This document shows, piece by piece, positions 38,801-46,799 of a stretch of DNA of 64,000 nucleotides. Numbering within the stretch: the first letter of the stretch is position 1; the number at the start of each line of letters is the position of its first letter. The position numbers and the translations under genes were made by a program. The stretch comes from Isurus oxyrinchus (Eukaryota): positions 88,474,001 to 88,538,000 of the forward strand of contig JANJGN010000021.1 in assembly GCA_026770705.1 (NCBI GenBank), read 5' to 3'. The notes beneath the pieces were generated by a model, which searched no databases, was not told the origin of the DNA, and saw only the letters and a program-made list of their open reading frames with translations.

Positions 38801-41800
38801 ACCTAACCATGTTTTATACAGTTCCAGCATAACCTCCCTGCTCTTGTATTCTATGCCTCGGCTAATAAAGGCAAGTATCCCATATGCCTTCCTAGCCACC
38901 TTATCTACCTCCCTGCCAACTTCATGGATCTGTGGATATGCACACCAAGTTCCCTCTGATCTTCAGTACTTTCCATGGTCCTATCATTCATAGTGTACCC
39001 TTGCCTTGTTAACCCTCACCAATTGCATTACCTCACACTCCTTTAAAAATTCATTCATGGGATGTGCGCTTCACTGGCCGGGCCAGGATTTATTGTCCAT
39101 TCCTAGCTGCTGTTGAGATGGTGCTGGTGAGCTGCCTTCTTGAACCACTGCAGACCCCATGGTGGTTATTCCTACTGATACTGTCATGGACAGATGCATC
39201 TGCGGCAGGCAGGGTGGTGAGGATGAGGTCAAGTATATTTTTCCCTCTTGTTGCTTCCCTCACCGGGTTAAATTTCTATTTTGAATTTCTATTTTTGATG
39301 CTGTGAGTTTTGGATGATGCATTCTATTCAAATATAGGGTAAGAGTTATCAAACTTTTAATTGTGGTTGCTTCAATTAATTAAATGTAGTATGTAAATTC
39401 CTACAATGATGTAAATTGAGCACCTTAGCTTGTCTGATCAGGAGTGCCTGGATTGTAGGTGCTTCAGGGAATCCAGTGTAAAGATAATTATTTTATTCAC
39501 TCCACAATCCCCCACCACCACACGCTTAAAATAGCAGAAGATGGAATGCTCTACAAACACAACACAGATTTTTTGTTTCAGTCCAGAGTATTGAAACTTG
39601 GTTCACAAAGTCTCAATGGAAATTTCAAGAATGCGCTGTCCATCAATTAAAATGAATGGGCAGAAAATTTGGCAGCATCTGCCTGGATTTACAAAGGGCG
39701 TTCCCAGTGAGCGACTCTTTTGCGCTTGGACATTCTGAATGGTTAAGTGTATCAGCAGCTATCATTTCCAAAGTTATATCACAGTCGCTGGGAGTCAAAG
39801 ACATATTAATTAAAGCAGATGTTCCTTCCATGCTGCTGCTCACAGTACACAGTCAGATGATGTGTTTTTTTCTTACAAGGACGGTGGATACAATTACACT
39901 GTGGAGCTGAAGTTTTTAGATCATGACATCTTCATTGCTGTCAAATAAAGGCCTGGTGTGTTCATACAAAAGCCAAACAAGAAAGTCCAGATAATCTGAC
40001 TCTGGCAGATTTGCTCCCTGGACAATCTCCTCCCTACAACAACAGCCTATATTTATATAGCACTTTAGCGTAGTAAACATCTCAAGGCACTTCACAGAGA
40101 CACTGCTCCTGCTGCTGCTTGTGGCTGCTCCTACCAGGAGATCTGGTGTCATGATATGTCACACTCATCTGGCTTGTGCCACCCTTACACGCCAACTTTA
40201 GTTCACCTGCAACAGGTCCATGATGTCCAGCGTCCGACTACACCTAGATCAACCTTTTCCTGCTGCGTTCCACTTTGCTGTCTAGAAGAGACGTTGTGAA
40301 ACAAAATAGGACATGGAGCCACGTAAGGAGTTATTGGATGATCCAAAGCTTGGTCAAAGAGGCAGGCTTTAAGGAGTGTCATAAAAGAGGAAAGAGAGGC
40401 AAAGAGATTTAGGGAATAAATTCCAGAGATTAGGGCCTTGGCAGCTGAAGGAACCATCAACTAAAATGGGGGATAAGTGCCTTTATATTGTGTTTTTTTT
40501 GGAAGGGTGAAAGAAACATGTGAAGCATGATGAGCAAGAAATGCCTCCTGGCGGCTGGAGTTTTCAGTGTTTCTTGTCGTCTTGGAAGTGAACGTTGGGA
40601 AATTCTGCCCATTATTTTCAGATAATTAAAATTGACGATCGGAAACCAGGAGCAGGAAATGCATGACTTCATGATGCATGCTTCCAGCTAAGACTAGAGC
40701 GCTAAAGGACAATGTCCTGGCCAGTCATTTTATTAAAATAAAGGAGATGCCTATCATACCAACTGTGCTGGAAATAATAATCCAAGCAGCAGAATTTGGG
40801 ACCCAAGGATTTCTAATGCTGGTGATAAAACCAGGAGGCCTCTAATAATATTTCAGTTACTCTGTATAATTTTAATAACCATGTATTTACATGAAAACAT
40901 CTATTGCAGCTGAAGGATGTGAGCCAGCAGCCAATCTACAAAGAAATATAATTCCTGCAGTGGGGATACTGTTGGTGTCCTTTGTTATACTCTTTGCACT
41001 TCACATCATATGTAAGTAATGTTAATACAGTTAGAGGTTGTTTACAAATGATTGTAATGGATACAAGATGCTTGGTTTTCATGGAGTTGGGAAGACTCAT
41101 TGGACCTTTAAAAATGGCAGGTGGGACCTGGTTGTGGAAGCTCCACCCCATTTCCAACATGTCCAATTTTAGTGGTTGGGGAAATGGGGCAGGGCATGAT
41201 TTACACAGCAGCGAAACCTAAACTGAGCAAAGCCATTTGAACTCAGTGCGAATTCACTTTTGGCTGTTGTAAGGGCCTTAATCCGCAATGTGAGAGTCAC
41301 AAATTGCTATAAGTATAAACGCTCTTCAAGACAGATAATGTTTGTATAACTATCATGATCTGAAGTATTTTTTTAAATCTTCCACTCTTTAAACTGTAAA
41401 CAACAACTGGCTGCAGCTGTTAGTGGCTGTTAAAAATTACCTTTGTTGAATTAATTTGATTAACAGGCCAGTCGGTGTAGCATCTCATCATGCAGTATCT
41501 TTCACATTCCTTAAGGGCTATTATTATGCCATTATGACTTTAGAAAGTTACAATTATCTCAGTAGGGGGTCGGGGGGTGGGGGGGGGGTTCTGAGTTCAT
41601 GGTTTGATTAACAGCTTAAAGAGTCTATTAATATATTAGCTATGTTTGATACGGGGTATGAATAGAAGTTTGATGTGGGGTATGAATAGAAGTGTATTTG
41701 ATTTTGTAAGAGATTAATGACTTGATATTTAGAAGATCTGAATGGCTTCATGAATGGGAGTTTTTTTCACTATCAACTGTGTAGAGTGAAAGCTCTCTTG

Positions 41801-43217
41801 GATTTCTAGAAATGTATTTTATTTCATCTCCACATAGTTCCTAAGGTCTGCCCATGGTGCATACTAGGTGTTGGCACAGAGTTGGCATGGTGGGTATGAG
41901 GGGCCATGGGGGCGAATGGAAGAATGAGTTGACATTGAGTTGGCATGATGTGAGGAGCCAGTAGCGTGGGTGGGGGCATGAGTTAGCATTGAGTTGGCAC
42001 TGAGGCCTGTGCAGGGGGCATAGGAGTGTGTGGAAAGGGTGAGAGGATGTGTGAGGTGAGAGCAAATGGGCCTACTGCTTTTATTACAACTGAGATGAAG
42101 TCCCACAGAACTGGGACAGGCCTAACCAGCCCACCTTGGCACTCACCCATGGTCACTAGGATGTGCTCTTTGAGTGTAATACTCCCGTGAAATGGATTTA
42201 GCAGAGTCATTAAAATAAGCTGGCCAATAATATAATGGGCAAGGGAATTTCATATGAGCTGCTAAAGCTTAGTAGGTTGCATGGTAAAAATTGATGGAGA
42301 AAGTACTTTGGGAAAGATACACTGACTAATATTCTAATCATATATTTAGTGAAACCCTTGCTCAGTTCACCTTTCATTCAATATAATACGTTGTATGTTT
42401 ACATCAACAGATAGAAAATTGAATAAACAAACAGCTGGAACGCCACTTATAGCCCCCAGTGTAAAAGATCCTGATGGACTTTATCATTCTGTAAGTACTT
42501 GGACAAAATACAAGTGACAGATTAGCCTTTGCTCTCAAGTTTTCTGTAAATGGACAATCCTGTAGTTGTCACACATTTTTGTCATCAGAAATGGAGGATT
42601 TTGTTTCATTCTCTGTTCAAGAATAATTACTGTGGAGAATGAGGGATTCCTGTGTCTACTGAGCAAAATGCTTGTATGCCACTATTCTTACTGCAAGTGG
42701 AGGTGTTTAATTGCAGTGATACACAGAAAAAGAGGATTATTTCTCCTAAATTATGTTCTGCTGAACATTTAATAGGGAAATGAAACATTAATTAATATTT
42801 AGTGTTTAACACCAGAAAGTTGAAATTTATGGTCTGAAAATTGCAGTAAATGACCTATTGGAAAGAACCTAAACTTTAGAAAGTAGAGAAAGATATGTGT
42901 TTAGTAATGATCTAATTTGATGTATAAAATACTAAATATTGCTGCATGGCCCATTGTAAGCATATTTATTAGACCTTGACAGGATGTTTCTGTTTAAAAG
43001 GCAAGAACTCAACTGAAAGCATAATTTTAAAAAGAGGCAAATCAAATTCAGGCTACTGATTGTTACTGATTTGTTTATTCATTTTTGTACATTTAATGAA
43101 AATAAACTTTTCTTCAGCTATTTGAAGACATTTCAATTCACATTTTTATCTTTCTTTCTGTAGGAGCTGAAGGAACACTTCTTAAAAACCACAGTTACTG
43201 ATGAAGAACAACTTTAA
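14775..43217 (+). CDS. Spliced gene model, 10 coding exons, 430 aa: signal peptide-IgV-IgC2-5xTM-cytoplasmic tail (CD2/CEACAM-like ectodomain, CD47-like five-span membrane domain). Exons: 14775-14841, 21315-21620, 22862-23125, 24000-24113, 24415-24498, 31746-31868, 34127-34225, 40910-41011, 42411-42490, 43164-43217
   Basis: All nine introns are GT-AG, with phases 1,1,1,1,1,1,1,1,0. Exon lengths sum to 1293 nt (431 codons) with no internal stop, ending in TAA at 43215-43217. The domain order is coherent. Confidence 0.8.
15140..15485 (+). mobile_element. Older PLE terminal-repeat fragment with a decayed hammerhead
   Basis: CTGAAGA-A-GGGTC-atatg-GACTC-CAAA at 15388-15415, followed by the ctctccacagatgctg..gagtttttccagc tail shared with other copies. 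Confidence 0.7.
15640..16260 (-). mobile_element. CR1 3' fragment
   Basis: LYRTLVRPHLKYCEQFWFPYLRKD..EFRRVRGDLVEVYKI. Confidence 0.9.
16290..16744. mobile_element. MITE fragment(s) related to the 7148 and 9941 elements
   Basis: Shared ttaaggccctcaattgggg core and aaatttctgcc terminus. Confidence 0.55.
17360..18190 (-). mobile_element. Decayed CR1 fragments
   Basis: Similar to 6480-7140. Confidence 0.75.
17667..17759 (-). mobile_element. PLE 3' tail fragment nested in a CR1 element
   Basis: Near-identical to 26707-26798. Confidence 0.85.
18200..19560 (-). mobile_element. Second, decayed Penelope-like family: GIY-YIG C-terminus in tandem partial repeats
   Basis: YVGRMSQRLADHIKQH..LEATYVNTQGPVLCRQKE (18733-19110) and a second LEAIYIHTQSPVLCRQKE (19363-19560); repeated ctgattggttg 3' blocks; minimal hammerhead relics. 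Confidence 0.8.
18331..18457. mobile_element. Short MITE (~127 bp) with Harbinger-like TIRs
   Basis: GGGCAGAGTTTTATGGC / GCCATAAAATACCACCC. Confidence 0.65.
19580..20470 (-). mobile_element. CR1 5'/EN region fragment
   Basis: Similar to 9750-9940 and 10660-11000. Confidence 0.7.
20470..20885. repeat. C/T-rich low-complexity tract
   Basis: Direct inspection. Confidence 0.85.
20890..21190 (+). mobile_element. Deu-domain SINE (SacSINE1/AmnSINE-like)
   Basis: gatgtaaaagatctcatggca..ctggtcattgtcacattgctgtttatggaagcttgctgtgcacaaat; related fragments at ~6385-6460 and ~11680-11830. Confidence 0.7.
21315..21620 (+). CDS. Exon 2: IgV domain without the canonical B-F cysteines (CD2/SLAM/CEACAM N-domain type)
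   Basis: VFAAIGSSVLLDP..IIWNF..FKSRLHFNSSTGSLILNHLNPSDQGVYT; acceptor ccag, donor G|gtaagt; 306 nt. Confidence 0.92.
22260..22745 (+). mobile_element. 3' end of the tRNA-headed LINE family (see 53520-58065)
   Basis: High similarity to 57605-58065; further copies on - at 43380-43712, 51940-52454 and 53115-53292. Confidence 0.85.
22862..23125 (+). CDS. Exon 3: IgC2/I-set domain
   Basis: ELTCKV..ILWRKD..LIISEASKSDCGIYTCTMENPVS; the NPVS motif is typical of CD2/CEACAM C2 domains; pyrimidine tract+cag acceptor, donor G|gtgagt. Confidence 0.92.
23300..23662 (+). mobile_element. CR1 3' end
   Basis: Similar to 37860-38215 and 56610-56960. Confidence 0.85.
24000..24113 (+). CDS. Exon 4: TM1 (GAALLHCYTKILSITALITAAAALACKIISSWYLAKII)
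   Basis: Acceptor ttttctatttcag, donor A|gtaaga, 114 nt, phase 1-1, hydrophobic. Confidence 0.8.
24295..24393 (-). mobile_element. PLE-type tail with a partial hammerhead in intron 4
   Basis: Reverse complement contains gggtcatacggactcaaaacgttaa..cagatgctgctagacctgctgagtttttccagc. Confidence 0.75.
24415..24498 (+). CDS. Exon 5: TM2 (SLQFLQLELRALQFIFLIGAFVCWIWGE)
   Basis: Acceptor tttattgttccag, donor AAG|gtactg, 84 nt, phase 1-1. Confidence 0.72.
25520..25895 (+). mobile_element. tRNA-derived SINE sharing head and tail with the 53520 LINE
   Basis: B-box gagttcaaatccc, core ctcactaatgtcc..tgtgactgcagaccc, tail ggcaataaatactggcc; other copies on - at 5700-6070, 47780-48090, 50905-51160 and 51540-51880. 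Confidence 0.75.
26804..26842 (-). ncRNA. Minimal type I hammerhead-ribozyme-like motif in the PLE left arm
   Basis: Reverse complement reads AGTT-CTGTCGA-A-GGGTC-atgag-GACTC-GAAA-CGTC-AACT. Confidence 0.55.
27140..28840 (+). CDS. Penelope-like reverse transcriptase plus GIY-YIG endonuclease, N-terminally truncated, stop-free, 566 codons
   Basis: RFYLLPKIHK, FTMDVQSLYTSIP, GIAMG, RYIDD, Cys linker PCPRKRCNPC, and VYCIRCSQCGLLYIGETKRKLGDRFAEH. Confidence 0.92.
   Translation: MKIMEIIHQAIVSRTVTDLISSGDLPPTASNVIVAQPQTARFYLLPKIHKQNCPGKPIVSACSCPTELISHYLDSLLSPLVQSLLTYIRDSSDTLRHINNFQFPGPNRLLFTMDVQSLYTSIPHQDGLRALSFFLEQRPEQSPSTTTLLRLAELVLTPNNFSFNSSHFLQIKGIAMGIRMGPSYACLFMGYVEHSLFQSYSGPLPQLFLRYIDDYFGAASCSRRDLEKFINSASNLHPSIIFTWSISDTSLPFLDLSVSISGDRLSTNIHYKPTDSHSYLDYSSSHPASCKDSIPFSQFLYLCRICSDDATFKNSSSDTSSFFLNRGFAPTVIDRALNRVRPISRASALTPSPPSQKHDRVPLVLTYHPTSPRIQRIILRHFRQLQHDATTKHIFPSPPLSAFRRDRSLRDTLVHSSFTPYSSTPSYGSTPCPRKRCNPCTFTSSLLTVQGPKHSFQMKQHFTCISPNLVYCIRCSQCGLLYIGETKRKLGDRFAEHLRSVRKNDPNLPVACHFNTPPCSHAHMSVLGLLRCSSEAQRKLEEQHLIFQLGTLQPSGLNIEFNNFRS
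29248..29286 (+). ncRNA. Minimal type I hammerhead-ribozyme-like motif in the PLE right arm (variant core CUGUCGA)
   Basis: AGTT-CTGTCGA-A-GGGTC-atgag-GACGC-GAAA-CGTC-AACT: stem I, stem II, palindromic ACGT at stem III, GUC site. Confidence 0.55.
29618..30317 (-). mobile_element. Harbinger-type MITE, same family as 978-1675, opposite orientation
   Basis: TIR GGGCTGAATTTT; the same internal palindromes in reverse order. Confidence 0.8.
30840..31610 (-). mobile_element. Old CR1 fragment
   Basis: IETLVKEQKRFIRIIPELKG. Confidence 0.65.
31746..31868 (+). CDS. Exon 6: TM3 (GASEMTVCTLVFLCLLLIVLLFSSCRMKACDTSLNKIWFVK)
   Basis: Strong pyrimidine tract+caacag acceptor, donor C|gtaagt, 123 nt, phase 1-1. 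Confidence 0.8.
33045..33460 (-). mobile_element. Deu-domain SINE with a tRNA-like head
   Basis: Reverse complement has A/B-box-like ggctcagctgg..gggatcaaaccc, followed by the Deu core. Confidence 0.72.
33923..34107. other. Assembly gap (185 N)
   Basis: Run of N. Confidence 1.
34127..34225 (+). CDS. Exon 7: TM4 (PCHLILMVAVSPLVGIIVMGLSVSLIAETVKRA)
   Basis: Acceptor ttttgtttgttttcag just after the N gap; donor CTG|gtgaat; 99 nt, phase 1-1. Confidence 0.75.
35375..38215 (+). mobile_element. Near-complete CR1 ORF2 (EN plus RT) with stops and frameshifts, plus 3' tail
   Basis: IMGDFN, KSPGPDG, WKIANVTPLFKKG, YLDFQKAFDKVPH, GVPQGSVLG, KFADDTK; ends in tcttatgg repeats. Confidence 0.95.
38240..39040 (-). 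mobile_element. CR1 3' fragment, tail-to-tail with the preceding CR1
   Basis: ALESVKRRFTRML..RRLRGDLIEVYKIM. Confidence 0.9.
40910..41011 (+). CDS. Exon 8: predicted extracellular loop with Cys plus TM5 (AEGCEPAANLQRNIIPAVGILLVSFVILFALHII)
   Basis: Acceptor ctattgcag, donor T|gtaagt, 102 nt, phase 1-1. Confidence 0.78.
42411..42490 (+). CDS. Exon 9: cytoplasmic tail (YRKLNKQTAGTPLIAPSVKDPDGLYHS)
   Basis: Acceptor catcaacag, donor TCT|gtaagt; phase 1 to 0; basic residues follow TM5 (positive-inside rule). Confidence 0.75.
43164..43217 (+). CDS. Exon 10: terminal coding exon (ELKEHFLKTTVTDEEQL*)
   Basis: Long pyrimidine tract+tag acceptor; phase 0 matches exon 9. Confidence 0.72.
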   Translation, partial: ELKEHFLKTTVTDEEQL

Positions 43218-44307
43218 ATTCAGGAGCACGGCTATTATGGAAGAATTGGCTTAAATTGAGGGAACTCTGCTACCAGTGAAGAACTATCTCAAGTTCAGAG
43301 TTTGAATACCTAGAAACTATGAGCACCCAGCTTATTATTTTTAGCCCTCTAATTTTAAAGGGTGAAATTGTTTTTAAAAATTCAATCATGGGATGAAGGC
43401 TTCGTTGGCGGGGCCAGCATTTATTGCCCAACCAGAGTTGCTTGTGAGAAGGTGGTGGTGAGCTGCCTTCTTGAACCGTTACAGTCCATATGGGGTATGT
43501 AGATCCACAGTGCTCTTAGGAAGGGAGTTCCAGGATTTTGACCCAGCGACAGTGAAGAAACAGCCTATACGTTTCCAAGTCAGGATGGTGAGTGACTTGG
43601 AGGGGAACGTCCAGGTGGTGGTGTTCCCATGTATCTGCTGCCCCTGTCCTTCTAGATGGCAGTAGTCATGGGCTTGGAAGGTGCTGTCTAAGGAGCCTTG
43701 GTGAATTCCTGCAATAACAGGATTGTGCAGTTTCCCTTGTGTGTTTTTGTCAAGTACACAAACACAAGCTCACACCCTCACTCTAACAGTGTTCTGCTGA
43801 ATATAACAGTCTCAGGTTTATGATGATTGCCTTTTGGAAACAATGGCCAGAATTTTCTGGCTGATGTGCAGATGGCGTAGCTCGAACATCGGCGTGTAAA
43901 ATGACGCACGCTGACGTTAGCGCACCCCATCGCGATACTTCGGTGGCTCAGTTCTTCGGTGGCTCAGTTCGCCCGCCATGAATTGAAGGGCTTGTTAAGG
44001 CACGTAACTTGCCAATTGTGTATGATTTTGAGGGGCCAGTGTGAACTTCAGGTCGGCGCACGGACCCAATGGGAAGGCAGGTTGGAGATTATTTAAGAAA
44101 ACTTTTGCAATGTCGGGATATGTGGACTCAGAGGGGTTGTTCCTGTTTTACACCAAGTTTTAATTGCTGAAAGTGTTTAAAAGTTGCCTGTGTGATTGTT
44201 AGCAGTTCTCATCGATTTCCAAGAGCTTTTGTGTACTTTGAAACCAGCTGCAGATAGTAATCTTTCTCGGGCCTGCGGCTTTCTGGAGGCCTCCATTTAG
44301 CCTGGGT

Positions 44308-45530
44308 ACGGGTTCTGACCTCTCCACTGGAGACAGCTCCCCTGAGGAGGAAGGGAGGGATAGAATAAGGAGGAGGCCAGGACTGGACAATCAGCCTCCA
44401 GGGGAGCCACCTTTGGGAGGCCAGGCGCAGGCACAAGGGGTGCAGGGCCAAGACGTTGTCCTAGGTGGAAGGGGCTGCAGAAGATGCCACTACCCTGCTG
44501 CCAGGGTATACAGGCGACGAAGCAGCTACCTCAATATGTCTGAGGTGCAGTGTCGAAGGAGGCTCCGACTCTCAAGGGGGACAGTGAACAATATCAGTCA
44601 GATGATAGGCCCTGAGATCGCTCCTAACTGTGCGGGTGTACACCCCATGCCAGTGGCTCTGAAGCTCAGAGTTGCCCTCCACTTCTATGCCTCTGGCTCG
44701 TTCCAGGGCTCAGTGGGTGATCTTTGCGGTGTCTCCCAATCAGCTGTCCACACTTGTATCAAGCAGGTTACAGACACTCTGTTCAGACGGCTTTCCACCT
44801 TCATCCATTTCCCGCTGGGACCAGGCAAGTCAGACACTTCGCGGCCATTGCTGGCTTCCCCCGCGTCCAGGGTGCTATAGGCCGCACACATGTGGCCATC
44901 AAGGCACCAGCAGGTGAGCCCAGTGCCTTTGTCAACAGGAAGAGCTTCCACTCCATGTATGTGCAGATAGTGTGTGATCACAGGATACTGATTCTACAAG
45001 TCTGTGCAAGGTATCCAGGCAGTTCCCATGACACCTGCATCCTCAGACACTCCCAGGTGCCGGGGCTGTTCAGTGCTTCGGCTCGGCTGGATGTTTGGCT
45101 GCTGGGTGACAAGGGCTATCCCCTCAGAAGGTGGTTCATGACGCCAGTATGCAGTCCAAGAACAGAAGCTGAGCAGCGGTATAATAGGAGCCAGGGCACC
45201 ACAAGGGCTGTGGTGGAGAGAACCATCGGTCTTCTCAAGATGCGCTTCCATTGCCTGGACTGCTCAGGGGGCGCACTCCAGTACCCTCCAGATCGCGTCT
45301 CTGTGACATTGGTAGCATGCTGCACTCTGCACAATCTTTCGCAGGAAAGGGGGGATGCAGATGACGATGAAGACCTTGACGCAGTGGATAAGGCTGCACG
45401 TGCTGAATCCAGCAGTGGCTCAGAGGATGAGGAGGCACAGGGCAATGATGAGGGGCAGCACATCGACGCGCTACTACACCAAGGAGGCAGGGACACCCGG
45501 GACACTTTAATCCAACGAACCTTCAGATAG
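44308..45530 (+). pseudogene. Harbinger (HARBI1-like) DDE transposase, frameshifted near 44810-44840, first catalytic Asp lost
   Basis: ALHFYASGSFQGSVGDLCGVSQS (HTH), GFPRVQGAIGRTH (normally GAIDxTH), YPGSSHD, LLGDKGYP, VVERTIGLLKMRF; ACG at the expected ATG position. Confidence 0.9.
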
Positions 45531-45830
45531 CTCCATACATGTGGTTCTGCAGGAGCAGCATTGCCTGGCACTTTCACACGGGGCACATCTTCCACCTTTT
45601 CAGCTGTAAATAAGGGCTTAAGACAGAAACATCAGTGTCCACGCAAACACTAATGATCAATATGTGAAAAAGAAAAATGCACCACAAACAAAAGATCCTC
45701 AGCCATGGTTACAAAGATGGACTTTATTTTGTCCAAAACAAAAACACACACCACTTGTTAGCGATCACAAAAATATGGGTCCCTATTCTAAGGCCAACAC
45801 AAAATCACCAGTGACATACCTGTGGAGTGC

Positions 45831-46799
45831 CTAAGGTGCCTTATGCTTACATTTTTGGGTGGTACGTCTAGATGCCACCCCATCGCTTGGAGTGGCTTGA
45901 GAGACAGCCTGCTGACTCTGCTGTCCTATTGATCTCGATGACCTTGGTGGGCATCCTCTGGCCCGTGGAGCCTGTGCTGGCCCCGCCTGGGAGGGAGTGG
46001 CCAGTTCCTGAACTGGCACCTCCCCAGTTGTCGCAGCCTCAACGGAAGAAACATTGACTGGCAGAGGGGTGGAGGAGCTGCTGCCCTCATCCGGACCGCC
46101 CTGAGAGGAGCTCACAGCGACGACAGGCAGCTGCTGCGCCGACGTGAGGTCCCTTTCGACCTCCCTGCTCACCGCAGATGCATGGACACCGAGTGCCAAT
46201 GCTTGGTGTCCACAACATCTCCCACATTGGGAATGACCACCTGTGGCCAGTACCGCTACGAGGGCTTGCAGGTCAGAGCATATCCCAATCATTAAATGTT
46301 CCATTCGATTGAAGCCCCTCTCTATATGAGTCACCAATCTCCCATTGGAGGAAGGCTGAAGCTCTGCCCTGAGGGACAAACCTTCACGTGCACTCTGCCT
46401 GGACTCCTCCATCACAGAGAGCAACTGAAGCATTCCCTCGTGCAACTCTGCCAGATGCAAACGCATTTCCTGCCGCTTGTCCTGCAGCTGCTGCATTGGG
46501 GACAGCTCCAGAGGCACGTCATCAGTGCTGGACTCAGCATGTGCCTCGTCCCCTGCAGCCCTCCGGCTGCTGGCACTATCGGCACTCTCTGCCCCTCCTC
46601 CAGCGATCGTGATGTGCCCTATCCGCTATGACCCAGGACACTAGCTGACGGTAAAGTCCCCACCGAGGTGTGTGTGGCTGCGCTGGTGCCTGGCTGGCTG
46701 AAATGATGTGCTGCAACTTGTACTTGTTGGCCCTCAGGTGTGGAGGGGGGTGGGGGGGGTGGTCACGGGGTCGAGGTGCGGCTCACTCTGGTGGTGATG
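45831..46799 (-). pseudogene. Probable last exon of the Harbinger second gene (Myb/SANT-type partner)
   Basis: Convergent 228-aa ORF with a coiled-coil-like segment and a basic C-terminus (RRTTQKCKHKAP); acceptor ttaatttcag at ~46800. The Myb domain itself is not seen. Confidence 0.55.

Noticed and set aside
43164-43198. Phase-1 reading of the last exon (GAEGTLLKNHSY*) spliced directly from exon 7
   Set aside because: Exons 8 and 9 have strong splice sites and lead into phase 0; retained only as a conceivable minor isoform.
14775-43217. Assigning the symbol CD47, CD2, CD48, CD58 or HEPACAM
   Set aside because: I cannot recognise sequence-level orthology; the two-Ig plus five-TM architecture fits none of them exactly.
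44308-45530. Domesticated HARBI1 host gene
   Set aside because: Frameshift, lost start codon, lost first catalytic Asp, and a TIR context indicate a dead transposon copy.
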